DNA of 64,000 nt from Deltaproteobacteria bacterium. GTDB taxonomy: Bacteria; CG2-30-53-67. The translations under genes were made by a program, and so were the position numbers. Every line of letters begins with the position of its first letter. Position 1 is the first letter of the stretch. Positions 51,636 through 60,869 of this stretch are shown here, piece by piece. The stretch lies in contig JAADIO010000046.1 of NCBI GenBank assembly GCA_013151235.1, positions 1 through 64,000 of the forward strand, given 5' to 3'. The notes beneath the pieces are model-generated. The model was given only the letters and a program-made list of their open reading frames with translations. It was not told where the DNA came from and searched no databases.

Positions 51636-51790
51636 GATGAAGTCGTAAAAAGTCACGAAGCCCTTCGACCCTTCGACCAGCTCAGGACAGGCGTGCTCAG
51701 GGCGAACGGTGTAAGTTATTGATATTCCGTTCGTGGTGAGCCTGTCGAACCATGAACGGAATCCGGAAAACGATTTTTTACGACTTCATC
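51636..51790 (-). mobile_element. Complete MITE (reverse orientation) with a 6-bp TSD (AAGGAT)
   Basis: AAGGAT|GATGAAGTCGTAAAAAGTC...GATTTTTTACGACTTCATC|AAGGAT; reverse complement aligns with 27898-28075. Confidence 0.88.
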
Positions 51791-51882
51791 AAGGATATGA
51801 AGGGTATGAAGAAAGAAAGGGCAAATTCACCGCAGTCTCCCTGCCGGGAGAGGGGAAGTTGTTTTGCCTTGAGGATGTCACT

Positions 51883-51919
51883 TCCTCTCCCCTTAGGGAG
51901 AGGATGGAGGTGAGGGGGG
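51883..51919. repeat. REP-like palindrome (CCTCTCCC...GGGAGAGG...GGTGAGGG type)
   Basis: TCCTCTCCCCTTAGGGAGAGGATGGAGGTGAGGGGG hairpin. Confidence 0.55.
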
Positions 51920-51964
51920 ACGTTGGCTTCCGTCTGACCGTTGACTCTTACAAACCGAGGGATC

Positions 51965-52489
51965 ATGGAACTCAAAGAGATCATCTTCATCCTGCTGGTT
52001 GTTGTAACGATCGTGTCTGCTTGGCTTGTGGTCTCGCTGAAGCACATCATCCACGCGGCCTTTGCTCTGCTGATCACTTTCTTCGGTGTCGCCGGGCTCT
52101 TTGTCTATATCAGCGCCGATTTCCTGGCCGCGACACAGATTCTGATCTATGTGGGCGGGGTCATGATTCTCGTATTGTTTGCCATCATGCTCTCCGAGAA
52201 GGTTTATAACGTCAGCATATTCAACCGGTCGAAGATCCTGCCGGCTCTGCTCGTCTTCGGCGGGGTACAGTTTGTTCTTGTGCGGGTGATGTTGGAGTCG
52301 GCCTGGAGGATAAGGCCGGGAACGGCTTCGGTGATGCGCCCCACGACGAAGATCCTGGGGCGGCTTCTATTGAATGATTACCTGCTTCCGTTTGAGCTGG
52401 TCTCCGTTCTGCTCCTTGCCGCGCTGATCGGTTCGGTGGTGCTGATCCGAAAAGAGGTCCGGCGGGGACAACGCGGGGGGGAGGGGTGA
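51965..52489 (+). CDS. nuoJ: Complex I subunit J
   Basis: QILIYVGGVMILVLFAIML, YLLPFELVSVLLL. Confidence 0.94.
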   Translation: MELKEIIFILLVVVTIVSAWLVVSLKHIIHAAFALLITFFGVAGLFVYISADFLAATQILIYVGGVMILVLFAIMLSEKVYNVSIFNRSKILPALLVFGGVQFVLVRVMLESAWRIRPGTASVMRPTTKILGRLLLNDYLLPFELVSVLLLAALIGSVVLIRKEVRRGQRGGEG

Positions 52490-52794
52490 TGATCTCCCTG
52501 GAAAGCTATCTTTTTGTCGGAATGATGCTCTTTGTTTTCGGCATGTTCGGGATCATCACCCGGAAGAATGCCATCAGCGTTCTTCTCGGATTTGAACTGG
52601 TGATGAATGCCGCGGGGCTCAATTTTGCGGCCTTCTCCCATTTTACGGACAAGACCATCCATGGGCAGGTCTTTACCCTCTTTATTATCGCCCTGGCTGC
52701 GGCGGAGTCGGTGGTCATCCTGGCCCTGATCATTGCGGTCTACCAGAAGATGGATACGATTCAGATCGATGAGATTGATTCCTTAAAAGGGTAA
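52486..52794 (+). CDS. nuoK: Complex I subunit K
   Basis: ELVMNA, AAAE. Confidence 0.94.
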   Translation: MMISLESYLFVGMMLFVFGMFGIITRKNAISVLLGFELVMNAAGLNFAAFSHFTDKTIHGQVFTLFIIALAAAESVVILALIIAVYQKMDTIQIDEIDSLKG

Positions 52795-52885
52795 AGGGGG
52801 CCTGTTTGCAGATACTGTGACGCACCGGGAGTGCCGCCGTATTTACGAACAGGGCCGCTCAGCCCGGCATGAAGGGAAGGCATTT

Positions 52886-54991
52886 ATGATGACATACGAT
52901 TTAGCGCATCCATCTTTTCCCGTGATTGTGCTGCTCCTTCCCCTTTCGGCCTTCGTGGTGCAGCTCTTCTTCGGCAAAAGGCTTCCCCGGGGCGGGGACT
53001 GGATTTCCACGACGGCGATCCTCGGCGGGTTCGTGCTTTCTCTCCTCACTGCGGTTGATGTCCTTTCTTACGGTGACCCGAACTTTCATTATGAGGTTTC
53101 CGTCCCCTGGATTGCCTTCGGTCATGTCACGCTGACCATGGGGATGCTCGTCGATAACCTTACGGCGATCATGCTCGTCCTCGTAACGGGGATTGCCTCG
53201 TGCGTTCACTTCTTTTCCATGTACTATATGGACGGTGATGCCGGGTATCATCGCTATTTCGGTTATCTCTCCTTCTTTTGTTTTTCCATGCTGGGGATCG
53301 TGATTTCCGATAATCTCCTGATGACCTTCATGTTCTGGGAACTGGTCGGGTTTGCCTCCTATTCCCTGATCGGATTCTGGTTTCACAGGGACTCCGCCGC
53401 GGAGGCGCAGAAGAAGGCTTTCGTGGTCAACCGTGTCGGCGATGTCGGGTTCATTGTCGGTCTGATGATCGTCTTCTCCCGGGTCGGGGACTTCCGTTTC
53501 AGCCGGGTTTTTGATGCCGTCGGCGCCGGCTCCTTCAACGGCGCAGTCCTCTTCGGGATTCCTCTTTTGACTGTTGCCGGAATCGGGATCTTTCTCGGGG
53601 CCATGGGGAAGTCGGCCCAGTTCCCCCTCCACGTCTGGCTCCCCGATGCCATGGAGGGGCCGACCACGGCGAGTTCCCTGATTCATGCCGCAACGATGGT
53701 GGCGGCAGGGGTCTTTCTTACGGCCCGGATCTTTCCGGTTCTGACGCCGGAGGCGTTGGTCTTCGTGACCTGGATCGGTGCGATCACGGCGATGATGGCG
53801 GCGACGATCGCCCTGGTCCAGCGGGATATCAAAAAGGTTCTCGCCTACTCCACGATCAGCCAGCTCGGTTATATGATGTTGGGGCTCGGCGCCGGCGGTT
53901 ACGCTGCGGGGTTGTCTCATCTCTTTACCCACGCCTTCTTCAAGTGCCTTCTCTTCCTCTGTGCCGGGAGCGTGATCCATTCCCTCCACACGCAGGACAT
54001 GTTCGAGATGGGGGGGCTCAGAAAAAAAATGCCCGTGACTTTTATCACGATGCTGTCGGGGGCGCTTGCAATCTCCGGTGTCCCCTTTTTCTCCGGCTTC
54101 GTCAGTAAAGATGCCATCCTGACCCAGGTTTATCTGAAGACGCTGGAACAGCCCGACCTGCTCCATCGCATTCCCTTCCTCCTTGGGATGGGGGCGGCGG
54201 TGCTGACGGCCTTCTACATGTTTCGTTTGATCTTTCTGACCTTCTTCGGTACACCGAGGGATCGGGGCAGATTTGATCACGCCCATGAATCGCCGCCTCT
54301 GGCGACGGTTCCTCTGGTGATCCTCGCGCTCTTTACCTTCGGGTTCTTCTGGAGCGGAAGTGTCGATCTGCCTGTGCCGGGCCATGCGGTTCGGATTCCC
54401 GTGGGGTTTGTTGAGGAAGGATGGATCTCTCATCTTCTCGTGCCGCCTGCCCTCAAAGGTCTTTCCGTCTCCACAGCGGAAGGAGATTACAGCGAAGCGA
54501 AGGAAGTCGAAGAAGGATATGCGGATCCGCACTCTGCAGCCCACCGCCGGGTGGGTCTCCTTTCCATGGCGGCGGCCGCCGCCGGGATTCTACTGGCCTG
54601 GATGATCTATCTGAAAGAATGGATCTCCGCCGGGGCGGTCCGGCGCCGGATGATTGTTGCGGCCTTGTTCCTGGAAAACCTCTGGTATTTCGATTATCTC
54701 TATGACCGGGGAATCGTCCGGGGTCTGCATCGATGGAATCGTGCCGTCTTCCGGTTTGACCGGAAGGTGATTGACGGGCTGGTAAATGCCGTTGGTTGCG
54801 GCGGAGCCTGGACGGGACGTCTTGCCGGGGCTTTCGACCGGAACGTGATCGACGGATTGGTGACCCTGACAGCGGACTCCGCTCAACGTCTGGGGCGGGA
54901 GTTCAGCCGGTTTCAGACCGGCCGGATACAGGGGTATGTTTTTTTGGGCCTGCTGGCCCTCTGTCTCTATGTGATCGTCGGGGTAATGTAA
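52886..54991 (+). CDS. nuoL: Complex I subunit L
   Basis: KSAQFPLHVWLPDAMEGPT, HAATMV, AYSTISQLG, HAFFK. Confidence 0.95.
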   Translation: MMTYDLAHPSFPVIVLLLPLSAFVVQLFFGKRLPRGGDWISTTAILGGFVLSLLTAVDVLSYGDPNFHYEVSVPWIAFGHVTLTMGMLVDNLTAIMLVLVTGIASCVHFFSMYYMDGDAGYHRYFGYLSFFCFSMLGIVISDNLLMTFMFWELVGFASYSLIGFWFHRDSAAEAQKKAFVVNRVGDVGFIVGLMIVFSRVGDFRFSRVFDAVGAGSFNGAVLFGIPLLTVAGIGIFLGAMGKSAQFPLHVWLPDAMEGPTTASSLIHAATMVAAGVFLTARIFPVLTPEALVFVTWIGAITAMMAATIALVQRDIKKVLAYSTISQLGYMMLGLGAGGYAAGLSHLFTHAFFKCLLFLCAGSVIHSLHTQDMFEMGGLRKKMPVTFITMLSGALAISGVPFFSGFVSKDAILTQVYLKTLEQPDLLHRIPFLLGMGAAVLTAFYMFRLIFLTFFGTPRDRGRFDHAHESPPLATVPLVILALFTFGFFWSGSVDLPVPGHAVRIPVGFVEEGWISHLLVPPALKGLSVSTAEGDYSEAKEVEEGYADPHSAAHRRVGLLSMAAAAAGILLAWMIYLKEWISAGAVRRRMIVAALFLENLWYFDYLYDRGIVRGLHRWNRAVFRFDRKVIDGLVNAVGCGGAWTGRLAGAFDRNVIDGLVTLTADSAQRLGREFSRFQTGRIQGYVFLGLLALCLYVIVGVM

Positions 54992-55015
54992 TGAATCGAA
55001 GGGAGCGGACCTGAA

Positions 55016-56563
55016 ATGCTGATGAATCATATCCTGTCGTGGATGACCTTCTTTCCCCTTTCGGTCATGGTGGTGATTCTCTTTCTTCCCGGATCAAAGA
55101 AAAACCTGATCCGATGGACCGGTGTTCTCGGTTCTCTGGTTCCCTTCCTCCTTTCCTGCTGGATCTTTTTCGTCTATCAGGACAACGGCTCCCTGGCCTT
55201 CGTGGAGAGAAGCGCATGGATTCCCCTCTTTCATATCGAATACTACATGGCCATCGACGGGCTTTCCGCCTCCCTTCTGATCCTGACGGCGCTGATCTCC
55301 TTTATCGCCGTGGTGGCCTCGTGGGGGATCGAAAAGCAGTTGAAAGGGTACTTCGCCCTGATGATGCTCCTGGAGACGGGGATGATCGGGGTCTTCTGTG
55401 CCCTCGACTTTTTCCTCTTTTACATCTTCTGGGAGCTGATGCTCCTGCCGATGTATTTCCTCATCGGGATCTGGGGGGGGCCGCGGAAGGAGTATGCTGC
55501 GATCAAGTTCTTTCTCTACACCCTTGCGGGTTCGGTTCTGATGCTCCTCGCCATGCTGGCGATCTATTTTTATTCGAATATCGACGGTCACCACTCCTTC
55601 GATCTTATCGCCCTGGCGGCGCACTACAAACAGTTCGAGGCGGCTCCTCCCATATTCGGTTTCCGCTTTCCCCTGATCGTCTTTGCAGCGCTCTTCATCG
55701 GTTTTGCCATCAAGATACCCGTCTGGCCCTTCCACACCTGGCTGCCCGACGCCCATGTGGAGGCGCCCACGGCGGTCAGTGTGATCCTGGCGGGGGTTCT
55801 TCTCAAGATGGGGGGATACGGTCTGCTCAGGATCTGTTATGCCGTCTTCCCCCGGGCGGCGATCTACTTCGCCGTGCCCATCGGGATTCTCGGGGTGACC
55901 AGTATTCTCTACGGCGCCTTCTGCGCCATGGCCCAGAAAGATCTGAAAAAACTGGTGGCCTACTCCTCCGTTTCCCATATGGGGTATGTCATGTTGGGGA
56001 TTGCCGCCCTGCGGGAGACCAGTATGTTAGGCGCCGTCATGCAGATGTTCAACCACGGCACGGCCACGGCCATGATGTTCCTTCTCGTCGGGGTGATCTA
56101 TGACCGGGCACATCACAGGGACATGGAAAGGTTCGGCGGGATCGGGGCGGTGGTCCCCCGCTACATGGGGGTGATGATCCTGGCGACCTTCGCTTCGATG
56201 GGTCTGCCGGGGCTCTCCGGGTTCATCTCGGAGATCTTCGTCTTCCTGGGCTCCTTCCGGTCGGGGATTGCCTCCCATGCCGGGTCGGTCTGGAACTTTG
56301 TGAACTTTCAGTCCCTGACGATTATCGCCGCATTCGGTGTCGTGATTACGGCGGCCTATCTCCTCCGGATGCTGCAGAAGGTTTTTTTGGGTCCCCTGAA
56401 TCCGGAATATGAGAACCTGGCCGAGATCAACGGCCGGGAAATCTTTACCCTCGTGCCTCTGGGGATTGCCGTGATCGTCTTCGGCGTTTACCCTATGCCG
56501 TTGATCCGGTTGATGAACTCATCCGTGACGCATCTTGTCGGGTTCATCCTGGGGAGTCAGTAG
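55016..56563 (+). CDS. nuoM: Complex I subunit M
   Basis: PFHTWLPDAHVEAPT, LLKMGGYG, YSSVSHMG. Confidence 0.95.
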   Translation: MLMNHILSWMTFFPLSVMVVILFLPGSKKNLIRWTGVLGSLVPFLLSCWIFFVYQDNGSLAFVERSAWIPLFHIEYYMAIDGLSASLLILTALISFIAVVASWGIEKQLKGYFALMMLLETGMIGVFCALDFFLFYIFWELMLLPMYFLIGIWGGPRKEYAAIKFFLYTLAGSVLMLLAMLAIYFYSNIDGHHSFDLIALAAHYKQFEAAPPIFGFRFPLIVFAALFIGFAIKIPVWPFHTWLPDAHVEAPTAVSVILAGVLLKMGGYGLLRICYAVFPRAAIYFAVPIGILGVTSILYGAFCAMAQKDLKKLVAYSSVSHMGYVMLGIAALRETSMLGAVMQMFNHGTATAMMFLLVGVIYDRAHHRDMERFGGIGAVVPRYMGVMILATFASMGLPGLSGFISEIFVFLGSFRSGIASHAGSVWNFVNFQSLTIIAAFGVVITAAYLLRMLQKVFLGPLNPEYENLAEINGREIFTLVPLGIAVIVFGVYPMPLIRLMNSSVTHLVGFILGSQ

Positions 56564-56638
56564 GGCAGAGATGGGGAATAGAAATTGGAAATTGGGAAAG
56601 ATTAAAAGCATTCACCTGAATTAAACCAGGGTGACTCT

Positions 56639-58105
56639 ATGTCTTTACTGCAACAGAATATTCTCGATGTGCAGCGCCTCCTTCCGGAGATCCTTCTCTT
56701 CGGTGTCTTTGGGGTGATGCTGACGGCCGACCAGTTTCTGCCGAGACGGCGGAAAAAGTGGATCGTTACTTTGGGGATTGCGGGGCTGGCTGTTGTCGGT
56801 TGTCGTCTGGTCATGGAAGGAATGACGGTGGCCCGATCGGGGCCGGTTTCCCTCTTCGGAGGAATGATGGTTGTCGATCATTTCGCGATCTTTTTCCAGT
56901 GGATCTTCCTGGTCACGACCGTTGTTGCCCTGCTGATGGCTGTCCGCTCGGACGAGATTGAGAAACAGAACGAAGGGGAATACTACATTCTGACCGTGGC
57001 GGTCTGCTTCGGGATGTTCTTTCTTGCCGCCTCGACTCACCTGTTGATGATCCTCCTCTCCTTCGAGATGATCAGCATCGTCTCCTACGTGCTGGCCGGC
57101 TACCTGCGGGGGGATCCCCGGTCGAGCGAATCCGGGATCAAGTACGTGATCTACGGCGCTTTTACGACGGGGATCATGATCTACGGGATGTCTCTTCTCT
57201 ACGGCCTGACCGGGTCATTGCAGATTGAGCGGATTCACGATTTCCTGATGACCGCCCGGACAGGGGTGGTTCCCGTGACGGTGATTCTCCTGATGATCTC
57301 GGCGGGGATGCTCTACAAGATCGCCGCCGTTCCCTTTCATATGTGGTCGCCCGATGTCTATGAAGGGGCACCGACGGCGGCGACCGCTTTCTTCTCCGTC
57401 GGTCCGAAGGCGGCGGGGTTCGCCATCCTGATCCGGTTCTTCCTGGTGACCTTCGGCAAGGATTTTCAGGTTGACTGGCGGCAGATCATGGCGATCCTCT
57501 CGATGGCGACGATGACGATCGGGAATTATACGGCGCTCAGGCAGGAGAACGTGAAACGGATGCTGGCCTACTCCAGTATCAGCCATGCCGGATATCTCCT
57601 TATGGGAATGGCCGTGGCCTCGCCCGCGGGACGCAGTGCCATCCTTTTCTATCTCCTTGTTTACATGGTGATGAATTCGGGCGCCTTTATCGTGGTCCTC
57701 GCACTGGAGAACATTCTGCACGATTCGGACCTTGCGATTTACAGAGGGATCGGGACCCGGCTGCCGCTGCCGGCGGTGACGATGGTCATCTTTCTTGTCT
57801 CTCTCGCCGGTCTTCCCCCCACGGCCGGTTTTGTGGGAAAATTCTTCCTCTTCAAGGCGGTGATCGCCGAGAAGCTCTATCTTCTGGCCCTGGTGGGCAT
57901 TGTCAACAGCCTGGTTGCTCTCTATTACTATATGCGGGTGGTCAAAGCGATGTATATGGAACAGCCGGAGCAGGCGTTGCCGCAGGAGATGTCGGTAACG
58001 CCGCTCTATCGTTTTCTGCTGGTCTTGTCGGCGGTGCCGATACTTTATCTTGGGATTTTCTTCGAAACGGTTTATCATATATCGGCCCAAGTCGTGTTCG
58101 GGTAG
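56639..58105 (+). CDS. nuoN: Complex I subunit N
   Basis: VPFHMWSPDVYEGAPT, KRMLAYSSISHAGY. Confidence 0.95.
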   Translation: MSLLQQNILDVQRLLPEILLFGVFGVMLTADQFLPRRRKKWIVTLGIAGLAVVGCRLVMEGMTVARSGPVSLFGGMMVVDHFAIFFQWIFLVTTVVALLMAVRSDEIEKQNEGEYYILTVAVCFGMFFLAASTHLLMILLSFEMISIVSYVLAGYLRGDPRSSESGIKYVIYGAFTTGIMIYGMSLLYGLTGSLQIERIHDFLMTARTGVVPVTVILLMISAGMLYKIAAVPFHMWSPDVYEGAPTAATAFFSVGPKAAGFAILIRFFLVTFGKDFQVDWRQIMAILSMATMTIGNYTALRQENVKRMLAYSSISHAGYLLMGMAVASPAGRSAILFYLLVYMVMNSGAFIVVLALENILHDSDLAIYRGIGTRLPLPAVTMVIFLVSLAGLPPTAGFVGKFFLFKAVIAEKLYLLALVGIVNSLVALYYYMRVVKAMYMEQPEQALPQEMSVTPLYRFLLVLSAVPILYLGIFFETVYHISAQVVFG

Positions 58106-58141
58106 GGGGACACAGGGACGGATTTATTGGAGAGCCTTGTA

Positions 58142-58759
58142 ATGCCGGGTGACAGCGGAAATTTCAGGTTTCCTTTTCGGGGAATCTCGCGGGAGAAGTT
58201 CTATACCGAGTCGGACCCGAAATTCTATGAGAAGGTAGAAGAGATTTCATCCTGCTGGCAGGAGGAGTTCGATGCCGGGAATCTGCATGCCGTGGCTGCC
58301 CTGCTGAAGGAAGGGGGGCCGGCGTTTTTGCATGTTCCCTGGATCCGGGAACAGATAAGGGTCTGGGAGGAGGAGGCGAGCGAGTCCTCGTTGAAACTTC
58401 TTCAGGAGATTGAAGCGATCGTGACCGGCAAGTCCCATGAGACCGGAAGTCAAAAGCCTTTCGGTGAAAAACAGTTGATGCTCAAGGAGTATGATACCTA
58501 TCTCCACCGTTTCATCGAGCTCTGTGAGAAACGGCGACTGATCTGCGGAGATTGCCCCAATTTTCAGCAGGACCCCTATATCGTCTCCTGCTTTGCCGAC
58601 TGTGATTTCCCGGCACGGCGTGAGAAACTTCGGGAGGTTGCCGGGGGTGTCAGGCGGATGGAGACGATCTTTCAACATCCTCCCTACCTGAAAGCCCTTC
58701 GCATGGTGGTGCTCGATGGTGAGATCTTTCGGAAACGGAAGAATCCCGGAAGGGGTTAA
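58142..58759 (+). CDS. Hypothetical protein with a five-Cys cluster
   Basis: ORF directly after nuoN; C-x6-CxxC-x11-CxxxC; alternative TTG start at 58127. Confidence 0.65.
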   Translation: MPGDSGNFRFPFRGISREKFYTESDPKFYEKVEEISSCWQEEFDAGNLHAVAALLKEGGPAFLHVPWIREQIRVWEEEASESSLKLLQEIEAIVTGKSHETGSQKPFGEKQLMLKEYDTYLHRFIELCEKRRLICGDCPNFQQDPYIVSCFADCDFPARREKLREVAGGVRRMETIFQHPPYLKALRMVVLDGEIFRKRKNPGRG

Positions 58760-59403
58760 CAACAGCGGGCCATGACCTGCTTTCTCCCGTTCCGTTTTGC
58801 CTCGTAGAGCGCCTGGTCGGCCACTTCAAGAATCTCTCCGTTTTGCATAAAGGATTGACAGTTTGAGACGATTCCGCAACTGAAGCTCACCGCTACAGGG
58901 GAATGAGAAGGGATCGTCAGGGGCTTTTGTATCAGCCGTTGCAGGATTCTCTCCATGATCGTAAGGCCGGCCGTGATATCCGTGTCGGGCATGATGACGG
59001 CAAACTCCTCACCGCCGATCCGGCAGACCACATCCACCCGCCTCAGATTTTTCTTCAGGAATTGTGCAAACTTGCGGAGGACCTGGTCCCCGACCTGATG
59101 GCCATGGCTGTCGTTGATTTTTTTGAAATGGTCGAGGTCGACAATCGCGACGCAGAAAGGAAAACCTTGCCGGGACATGCGGGCGATCTCTTCTCCCAGG
59201 CGGTTGTCGAAGTAGCGCCGGTTGAAGATATGGGTCAGATGATCGATGACGGCCATTTTCTTGTAGGAGCGAAGTGCCCGGACCTCTCTTTCCAGTTTTG
59301 CGATCTTTTCCTCATAGTATCCGGGATCGTAGGGGATGGGATTGGTTTTACGGGCGAGGTCGGGTGAAACGATCTTCTTCTCAATGGCTATGCCTTGACT
59401 CAT
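58756..59403 (-). CDS. Stand-alone diguanylate cyclase (coiled coil + GGDEF)
   Basis: DHLTHIFNRR, DLDHFKKINDSHGHQVGD, RRVD I-site, GGEEF. Confidence 0.95.
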   Translation of the reverse strand: MSQGIAIEKKIVSPDLARKTNPIPYDPGYYEEKIAKLEREVRALRSYKKMAVIDHLTHIFNRRYFDNRLGEEIARMSRQGFPFCVAIVDLDHFKKINDSHGHQVGDQVLRKFAQFLKKNLRRVDVVCRIGGEEFAVIMPDTDITAGLTIMERILQRLIQKPLTIPSHSPVAVSFSCGIVSNCQSFMQNGEILEVADQALYEAKRNGRKQVMARCC

Positions 59404-59450
59404 GGTTCACTCCTGTTTCAGGTCCGCAGTTTTGACACAAATGGTATGTA

Positions 59451-59467
59451 AGCAAAGACTGTGCCAA
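59451..59467 (-). promoter_or_regulatory. Sigma54 (-24/-12) promoter for the diguanylate cyclase
   Basis: Reverse complement TTGGCACAGTCTTTGCT matches TGGCAC-N5-TTGC. Confidence 0.8.
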
Positions 59468-59660
59468 CCAGGTTTTTGTCTGTAACTGTATGATTTTAAT
59501 GAATTTCAGAAAAAATCATCCGGCTCCGGGGAGGACATTTCTTTGTCGGTGTCGTATCTTTTGACGGGGGGGAGCGGGGATTATCATGAAGAACCGGCGG
59601 GGGATTATGATATACTTCCTCTTTGTTTGATCGTGGTAAAACGTTCCTCAGGGAGGTTCC

Positions 59661-60806
59661 ATGCGGGTTGCAATCATTGGAGCAGGGATTGCAGGGTGCC
59701 ATGCCGCCGCTCTGCTTGCAGGGGAAGGGCATGAGGTCCTCCTTTACGATCCGATGTCGCCCTGGGAGAAACCCTGCGGTGGTGGGATCACTCCCCGAAA
59801 CTTCAGAGATTTTCCTTTCCTTAATGAGTTCCGGTCCGGCTGTTTTCCCGTCCACCGGATGCTGATGGAGGCGCCCGACGGCACAAGATGCGTCATTCCG
59901 TTTCCCGAACCGGTATGGATTGCCTCCCGGCATGCACTCGGAGAGTTCCTCCTGAAACGGGCGGAGGCGGCTGGCGCCCGGCATCTGAGGCAACAGGTCA
60001 TCAGGGTTGAGGGAAAAGGGGAAGGGTGGAGGGTTGTCACCGGGGGAGGAAAAACCGGAGCCGATTTCCTTGTCGGCGCCGACGGGGTCAACAGTATGGT
60101 CCGCTCCCGGTTGTCCGCCCGGTTGCCCCGAAAAGACGAAACGTTGGCCGTCGGCTACTGGATCGAAGGGGCGATGGAAGATGAACTTGTGATCGCCTTT
60201 CTGAAGGGGATTTCCGGTTATCTTTGGATCTTCCCGCGGAAAGAGCACCTCTCCGCCGGGATCGGGGCCCGGGTGGGAGAGGCCTCGGGCCGGGAACTGT
60301 TCGGACACCTCGACCGGTACCTTGAACGGTTTGATGCACGCCTCATGGAACGGCCCAAAAAACCTTATGGGGCCTTGATCCCGGCGCTGACCCGGGAGGG
60401 GTTGAAGGTGAACCGCATCTGCGGGGGAAACTGGGCGCTGATCGGTGATGCCTCCGGGCTTGTTGATCCGGTGACGGGCGAGGGGATCTATTACGCCTTC
60501 CGGTCCGCCGAATTTCTTGTTGAGGCCTTCCGGTGGTGTAAGGTGGAAATGTATGAAGAGATCTGCCGGAAACGGATCGTACCCGAACTTCGTCAGGCGG
60601 CGGCCTATGTGCGGACCTTTTTCGATCCCGGCGTCTCCTGCCGTCTGGTGCAACTTGCCGGAGACAAGGCGGGCGTCCGGCGACTTCTGGCAAGGCTGAT
60701 TGCCGGGGAGCAGGGGTATCGCACTTTGAAGAGGGAACTGCTGAAGGTCATTCCCTCACTTTTTTGGGATTTCCTGGGAAATATGTTTCCGGGCGAATTG
60801 AAATGA
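59661..60806 (+). CDS. Geranylgeranyl-reductase-family FAD oxidoreductase
   Basis: GAGIAG, EKPCGGG, VGADG, YLWIFP, GDASG.VDP.TGEGIYYA. Confidence 0.85.
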   Translation: MRVAIIGAGIAGCHAAALLAGEGHEVLLYDPMSPWEKPCGGGITPRNFRDFPFLNEFRSGCFPVHRMLMEAPDGTRCVIPFPEPVWIASRHALGEFLLKRAEAAGARHLRQQVIRVEGKGEGWRVVTGGGKTGADFLVGADGVNSMVRSRLSARLPRKDETLAVGYWIEGAMEDELVIAFLKGISGYLWIFPRKEHLSAGIGARVGEASGRELFGHLDRYLERFDARLMERPKKPYGALIPALTREGLKVNRICGGNWALIGDASGLVDPVTGEGIYYAFRSAEFLVEAFRWCKVEMYEEICRKRIVPELRQAAAYVRTFFDPGVSCRLVQLAGDKAGVRRLLARLIAGEQGYRTLKRELLKVIPSLFWDFLGNMFPGELK

Positions 60807-60869
60807 TTCGGTTTACATGATATACATGTGGATAGATCTATCAATATGTTTAATTGTTGTGCTTGAGGT

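Noticed and set aside
51733-52209. Short ORFs spanning MITE copies (also 27787-27993, 27957-28181, 38514-38768, 1773-2090)
   Set aside because: Their shared peptide words (RTMNGIRK.TFY) are translations of the repeat; there is no evidence of coding function
58756-59403. Hypr GGDEF (cGAMP synthase)
   Set aside because: It has the canonical Asp in GHQVGD rather than the Hypr Ser/Thr
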